Source: Candidatus Cybelea sp.
GTDB lineage: Bacteria > Vulcanimicrobiota > Vulcanimicrobiia > Vulcanimicrobiales > Vulcanimicrobiaceae
DNA: 64,000 bases
Direction of reading: 5' to 3'
Assembly: GCA_036726365.1 (NCBI GenBank)
Contig: DAIMCN010000012.1
Coordinates: 3,730-67,729, forward strand
Both the position numbers and the translations under genes were made by a program. The notes below the pieces were generated by a model that saw nothing but the letters and a program-made list of their open reading frames with translations, searched no databases and had not been told where the DNA came from. Every line of letters starts with the position of its first letter. The stretch's first letter is position 1. Positions 59,790 to 64,000 of this stretch are shown here, piece by piece.

Positions 59790-60292
59790 CCTAGATTGCG
59801 AGAGAAAAAACGATACCGCGCGAATTCAGCCTCGCGTGCATCAACCCGCGCCGTGCAAGCCGCTCCAATTTCATCGATGAAATTCTCAAGCGAGCGCGCC
59901 GCAACCCCCGGAGCCAGTGCCCGGTCGAGCAGCGATCCAAAAATCTGCATCGGCAAGTCGTATCCGCCACTCAGCAGCAGCTTTGATTCTCCAAGTCCGG
60001 CCGGTTCCACGGCAAAGTTTCCCTTGAACGTCGGAAATGCGGCGGAGAGGTTGGCCGACCGAAAGGTGATGTCAAAGACTCGCACGTCGTCCGAATGCTT
60101 GGCCGTGGTCAGATGAATCGGTACGGCGACGTAACCAACGTCGGGAAGGTGAAGGTCGCCTAAGCTAATGTGCAGTGCAAAGCCGCGCCACATACCTTCC
60201 TGATTGGCGATGGCCTGCAGCAACTCGCCAAGCGCGGCGGCCGCCGGGTCGGGGGGGATCCGCAGCGTGCGCTCTAGCCGAACGTCTGGCAT
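59786..60292 (-). CDS. Hypothetical protein coupled to the monooxygenase
   Basis: ATG 60292 (MPDVRLERTL...), with a GTGA overlap with the monooxygenase start at 59786-59789. Possibly SRPBCC-like, but I cannot support that. Confidence 0.5.
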   Translation of the reverse strand: MPDVRLERTLRIPPDPAAAALGELLQAIANQEGMWRGFALHISLGDLHLPDVGYVAVPIHLTTAKHSDDVRVFDITFRSANLSAAFPTFKGNFAVEPAGLGESKLLLSGGYDLPMQIFGSLLDRALAPGVAARSLENFIDEIGAACTARVDAREAEFARYRFFSRNLG

Positions 60293-60353
60293 GTCGTCAT
60301 CTTGAGCGGGCTCTTCGCCACCCCGTTCAAGCCAGCCCACTCCCTCCCGCGGA

Positions 60354-60590
60354 CTACGTGATCTTGCGACGAGTCGCGACGAGCCACGCGGCAACCGCCA
60401 CGCCGCCGACGATGAGCACCTCGCGTTCCAGGTACTTTGGCAAGAGGCGACTTCGCCGCCCTTGCATGAACTCGTCCGAGAGGAACACGGAAGGAGCCGA
60501 CCAGAGGTCCCGCTGGTATTCCATAACGTTCCAAGTTGTGAGGGTCAACGCCAAGATTACGACGGCCCAACCTAACGAACTTGACCTCAT
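60354..60590 (-). CDS. Possible small two-TM membrane protein
   Basis: MRSSSLGWAVVILALTLTTW...REVLIVGGVAVAAWLVA. No family recognised. The alternative start at 60650 is less likely. Confidence 0.35.
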   Translation of the reverse strand: MRSSSLGWAVVILALTLTTWNVMEYQRDLWSAPSVFLSDEFMQGRRSRLLPKYLEREVLIVGGVAVAAWLVATRRKIT

Positions 60591-60671
60591 AATCCCTACG
60601 GCTTTCCCCCAAAACGCGATTTTGCCGCAAAAACCCGGGAGACGCGACATCCTAATCGCGCGCGAGGAAAA

Positions 60672-60704
60672 AGGTATGCCTATCTAAAACTTTAGGCATA
60701 CCTA
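60672..60704. promoter_or_regulatory. Perfect 11-bp inverted repeat (candidate operator or RNA hairpin) 3 nt upstream of the MCO-ZIP start
   Basis: AGGTATGCCTA (60672-60682), an 11-nt A/T-rich spacer TCTAAAACTTT, then TAGGCATACCT (60694-60704), followed by AAA and the ATG at 60707. It lies in a locally AT-rich island. Confidence 0.5.
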
Positions 60705-60706
60705 AA

Positions 60707-62581
60707 ATGAAGTTCTTGGCGCTTGGGCCTTGGCGTGCCCTCCTCTTTCTTGGGCTGCTCGCCGTTTCGGCCACGCCGAGCGCAGCGCTCGCCGACGCCG
60801 ATCAAAGCACTTCGCCGAACTCGACTTCGCTCGGATTGCAACCTCTCTCGGGCCCGGTTCCGCAAGCCACACCGGCGCCCGGTGAATCAGGTGTTATTCA
60901 ACGCCCCGACGGCGCGTATCAAGCGATCCCTTCGTCACGCGGACGCACGAAAATCTTTCACCTCGTCGAGCGCGCTGCGCACTGGACGCTCAAGCCCGGT
61001 CTGACGGTGATGGCGAACACCTACAACGGCGTTGTCCCCGGACCAGCACTGGTCGTTCGTCAAGGCGACACCTTGGTTCTCGATTACACCAACGACGGCG
61101 CGGTGCCGGATTCGATTCACATGCACGGAGTTCACGACATTCCCGTGACGATGGATGGAGTCGGCGGTATCTCGCAACCGCTCGTGCCGCCCGGCGGCCA
61201 TTTTGTCTACCACTTCGTTGCGGATCAAGCCGGCACGTTCATTTACCACACGCACGACGATGAAGCCATGCTCGATTCCGGTTTATACGGGGCAATCATC
61301 GTCGAGCCGTCGGCGCCGCGCCCAGTCGAGCGCGGCGTAGCGCACGATTTTCTGGAGATAATCTCATCATGGCAGATCCAGAGTGCAGCCGAGAATCATT
61401 TTACGCTCAACGGGAAGGAATACCCGAGTACGCGCGCCCTGGACGTTCGCTCGGGGCAGCGCTTTCGTATTCGCTGGATCAACATCTCAGGTGAAGCGTT
61501 CCACACGATGCATACGCACGGTCACTACCAGCAGGTGATCGCGCGGGATGCGTCACCGGTTGATTATCGCGATATCCAAGACACCATTCTGGTGGCTCCC
61601 GGACAACGTGTCGACGTGGTCCTCGACGCCAATGCGAAACCTGGAACCTGGTTGATTCACTGCCACGTTTTGGATCACATCGAAGACTCGGCCGGCATGC
61701 CGGCCGGGCTCGTCACCGCTATCCATTACGCCGGCACTCCCAACACACTGACAGCGATGTACCGGGCGATGAGGCCGGCGGCCGGCGCGACGACGCGCGC
61801 GCTGAGCTTTGGAATGACCGTGCTGCTCGGCGCGATTGCCGGCTTTACGATCTTCCTTGGCTTGCCGATTGCGCGCGCACGCCGCCTTTCCGCACAAACG
61901 ATCGCGTTGCTCAATGCACTGGCCATTGGAATTCTGCTCTATCTCGTGGTCGAGATCGCACAGAACGCGATCCTTCCGATCTCTCAAGGATTAAACGCGT
62001 GGCATGCGGGAGGCGGCGCGTTTCCGACCGCCTTGATTCTGGTCTTCACTGCCGGACTGCTGATCGGTTTGGTCGGACTGGGCAGTGTGGCCACGCATTT
62101 CGCGCGGCAAGCGGCGATACACGCCGAGAATCCCCTCGTCCTAGCGGCTATCATTGCGATCGGCATCGGTGCCCATAATTTCGGCGAGGGTTTGGCGATC
62201 GGCGCCTCGGCGGCAGCCGGAGCGACGGCCATCGCTCTGTCCCTGATCGTCGGTTTTGGTTTGCACAATGCGACCGAAGGCTTCGGCGTGGCCGCGCCGC
62301 TGGTTGGCCGCGTCGTGCCGTCTTGGGCGCAGATCGGCCTCGCCGGAGTCATCGCGGGCGGTCCAACATTCGTTGGCACGATCATCGGTTACAGCTTTTA
62401 CTCGCCGACGCTCTCCGTGCTCTTCCTGGCAATCGCTGTCGGAGCGTTGGTTTTCGTGATCGGCGAACTCTGGAGCGTTCTGCGACGATCCGGATTGACG
62501 GCATCCGTGACGGCAACGATGTGCGCCGGATTCTTGATTGCGCTCGCGACCGAGCTCTTTATCGACATCAACGGAGGCTAA
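60707..62581 (+). CDS. Fusion protein: secreted multicopper oxidase (two-cupredoxin size) + ZIP-family metal permease
   Basis: Signal peptide, then MCO copper motifs IHMHGVH, YHTHDDE, FHTMHTHGH and HCHVLDHIEDSAGM. The ORF continues into ~8 TM helices with ZIP motifs GAHNFGEGLAIG and GLHNATEGFGVA. It is a single uninterrupted 624-aa ORF. Confidence 0.85.
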   Translation: MKFLALGPWRALLFLGLLAVSATPSAALADADQSTSPNSTSLGLQPLSGPVPQATPAPGESGVIQRPDGAYQAIPSSRGRTKIFHLVERAAHWTLKPGLTVMANTYNGVVPGPALVVRQGDTLVLDYTNDGAVPDSIHMHGVHDIPVTMDGVGGISQPLVPPGGHFVYHFVADQAGTFIYHTHDDEAMLDSGLYGAIIVEPSAPRPVERGVAHDFLEIISSWQIQSAAENHFTLNGKEYPSTRALDVRSGQRFRIRWINISGEAFHTMHTHGHYQQVIARDASPVDYRDIQDTILVAPGQRVDVVLDANAKPGTWLIHCHVLDHIEDSAGMPAGLVTAIHYAGTPNTLTAMYRAMRPAAGATTRALSFGMTVLLGAIAGFTIFLGLPIARARRLSAQTIALLNALAIGILLYLVVEIAQNAILPISQGLNAWHAGGGAFPTALILVFTAGLLIGLVGLGSVATHFARQAAIHAENPLVLAAIIAIGIGAHNFGEGLAIGASAAAGATAIALSLIVGFGLHNATEGFGVAAPLVGRVVPSWAQIGLAGVIAGGPTFVGTIIGYSFYSPTLSVLFLAIAVGALVFVIGELWSVLRRSGLTASVTATMCAGFLIALATELFIDINGG

Positions 62582-62588
62582 CGACGGC

Positions 62589-63338
62589 ATGAGCTTCGCC
62601 CCGAGCTGGTTCTTTGCGGCAGTCATTCTGCTCGCGGCGGAACCGCAAACCAGCTGGCACGACGTTACGCTGGGCGCACCAGCGTCAACGCTGCGCGCAT
62701 CGTTAGGCGATCCGTTGCGGATTGTCTCGATCAGCGACCGGCGCGTAGCTCGCTATTGGCTGGTTGGATCGAACTCGACGTACTTGCTCGTTGTCGAGCA
62801 GAACGGTTACGTCGCGGACTTCGAGGCCTTTACCGACGCCGCGCCCAGCGGCATCCTCGACAACGTCGCACCCGATCCATCCGGCGTGCGCCTAGGCGAT
62901 ACGATGGGCAGCGTGAAGTCGAAACATCTCGGTTTTCATCAGGACGTCGATGAAGACGGCCGCACGTTCATCGTCGGCCGGATCTCTTCCACGGTCGGCG
63001 CAAGCTACACGTTTCAAAACGGCCGCCTGCGCAGCTTCTTTTGGAGGGCCACGCCCAGCGATTCGAATCCCGCGCTTGCGCGGCTGACCGCGCCGGCCGG
63101 GGACTCGGTTTCATCGGCCATTCTGGACGTTCAACGCAACGACAGCGACGGCGTCGCGTGGGAATACCGCTATCTTACCTTTCACCCATGCGCCGACAAC
63201 TCGCGCTGGCAACTCAAGAACCAGTCGCTGCTCCACGACGGCGCCCACGCATACGATCGGCTTCACGTGGTCTGTCCTGCGACCAACGCGGAGCGGGACT
63301 TCTATTTTGACATCAGTAGCTATTTTGGAAAGACGTAG
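62589..63338 (+). CDS. Hypothetical exported/anchored protein downstream of MCO-ZIP
   Basis: ATG 62589 lies 7 nt after the MCO-ZIP stop. N-terminal hydrophobic segment SWFFAAVILLAA. No family recognised. Confidence 0.6.
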   Translation: MSFAPSWFFAAVILLAAEPQTSWHDVTLGAPASTLRASLGDPLRIVSISDRRVARYWLVGSNSTYLLVVEQNGYVADFEAFTDAAPSGILDNVAPDPSGVRLGDTMGSVKSKHLGFHQDVDEDGRTFIVGRISSTVGASYTFQNGRLRSFFWRATPSDSNPALARLTAPAGDSVSSAILDVQRNDSDGVAWEYRYLTFHPCADNSRWQLKNQSLLHDGAHAYDRLHVVCPATNAERDFYFDISSYFGKT

Positions 63339-63373
63339 CGGCCGCGTTACCACTTCAACTCGTTGCGGCACTG

Positions 63374-64000
63374 ATGCTCGACAAACAGGTCAGCGGCTGC
63401 GCCAGTCAGTCCGGAAAAACGCCGCAGACATACGTAGCCCAGGCGTTCGATCTTCGGCAAATTCGGCTTCGCACCGGTGAGCGAATGACGGTTGCAGCGG
63501 CAAGCGATTCATGCATGACGCTGGGCCAGTCCATTCGAATGATGATCTTCGAGCGGAGCGCGGGCGGAGAGTATCGTCGCGTACTCGACACCGTCACTCT
63601 CCCCGACACCGCGCGAGTAAACGCAAACGGCACCGTTACCGTCGCGACCCACGACTCGATCGAAGTCATCTTCGAGGCGGCGTACGTCTGGAACGGATCA
63701 AACTATGTGTTTTCTCCGGCGCAATCGCACCGTTACGACGTCGCGCTGAGCGAAAGGAGGCCGTTCGAGCGGCCCGTGCACTTCGCTCGCGGGACGGGCG
63801 CAACCACGCTCGCAGGAACCGTCGCGTACAACTTCGGCGACGACTATGTCTTCGACGCGCGGGCGGGACAGCGCATAAGGATCGCGCGGCTCGAGGGCTC
63901 GGGCCGCGCGCGCATCTCACTGTACTATAACGGCGAAATATCGAGCCTAGCGGACCTCACCGACGCCAATCAATGGGGCGGCAAGCTTGTTAAGACGGGA
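63374..64000 (+). CDS. Hypothetical protein, 3'-truncated by window end (not in ORF track)
   Basis: My own translation from ATG 63374 reads MLDKQVSGCASQSGKTPQTYVAQAFDL...IRMMIFERSAGGEYRRVLDTVTLPDTARVNANGTVTVATHDSIEVIFEAAYVWNGSNYVF...GEISSLADLTDANQWGGKLVKTG. The frame is open to position 64000 (209 codons) with protein-like composition. Alternative starts are at 63485 and 63515. Confidence 0.5.
   Translation, partial: MLDKQVSGCASQSGKTPQTYVAQAFDLRQIRLRTGERMTVAAASDSCMTLGQSIRMMIFERSAGGEYRRVLDTVTLPDTARVNANGTVTVATHDSIEVIFEAAYVWNGSNYVFSPAQSHRYDVALSERRPFERPVHFARGTGATTLAGTVAYNFGDDYVFDARAGQRIRIARLEGSGRARISLYYNGEISSLADLTDANQWGGKLVKTG

Overview
The window is a visibly GC-rich bacterial chromosomal segment, densely coding, with about 70 CDSs, most on the minus strand. 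I found no rRNA, tRNA, CRISPR array, transposase or integrase.

Gene order follows conserved Terrabacteria/Firmicutes-like housekeeping synteny:
- rimP-nusA-ylxR-infB-rbfA-nrnA-truB-ribF
- accB-like-accC-nusB-...-xseA-xseB-tlyA-nadK-recN
- tilS-hpt-ftsH
- a yabE-like G5/3D gene followed by rsmA

Other blocks:
- a pterin block (moaC-mog-folC-folP-folB-folK)
- a Ton/Tol-like cluster (TPR/TonB_C, exbB, exbD x2, tonB-like x2)
- rho
- a glycosyltransferase group
- a small accessory redox/metal islet at the 3' end (CRP fusion, cytochrome c, VOC protein, FAD monooxygenase, MCO-ZIP)

At least 16 adjacent gene pairs overlap by 4 nt (ATGA/GTGA), so many ORF-track N-termini are over-extended. I trimmed them to coupled or SD-supported starts.

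Items most worth follow-up:
1. A single ORF fuses a complete multicopper oxidase to a ZIP metal permease. A perfect 11-bp inverted repeat sits just upstream of it.
2. A FolK fusion to a BCCP-like protein lacks the biotinyl-lysine. It occupies the canonical accB slot upstream of accC.
3. ftsH is translationally coupled to two secreted M16-like proteins that both lack HxxEH, followed by GT4, DUF2079 and GT9-like genes.
4. The Ton/Tol-like cluster has three SxxxH-anchored TonB-N-like proteins. One of them has a non-TonB C-terminal domain.
5. A stripped-down Clp/Hsp100 ATPase carries a hydrophobic N-terminal anchor.

All family calls come from motif recognition by eye. No database search was run, and nothing here proves novelty.
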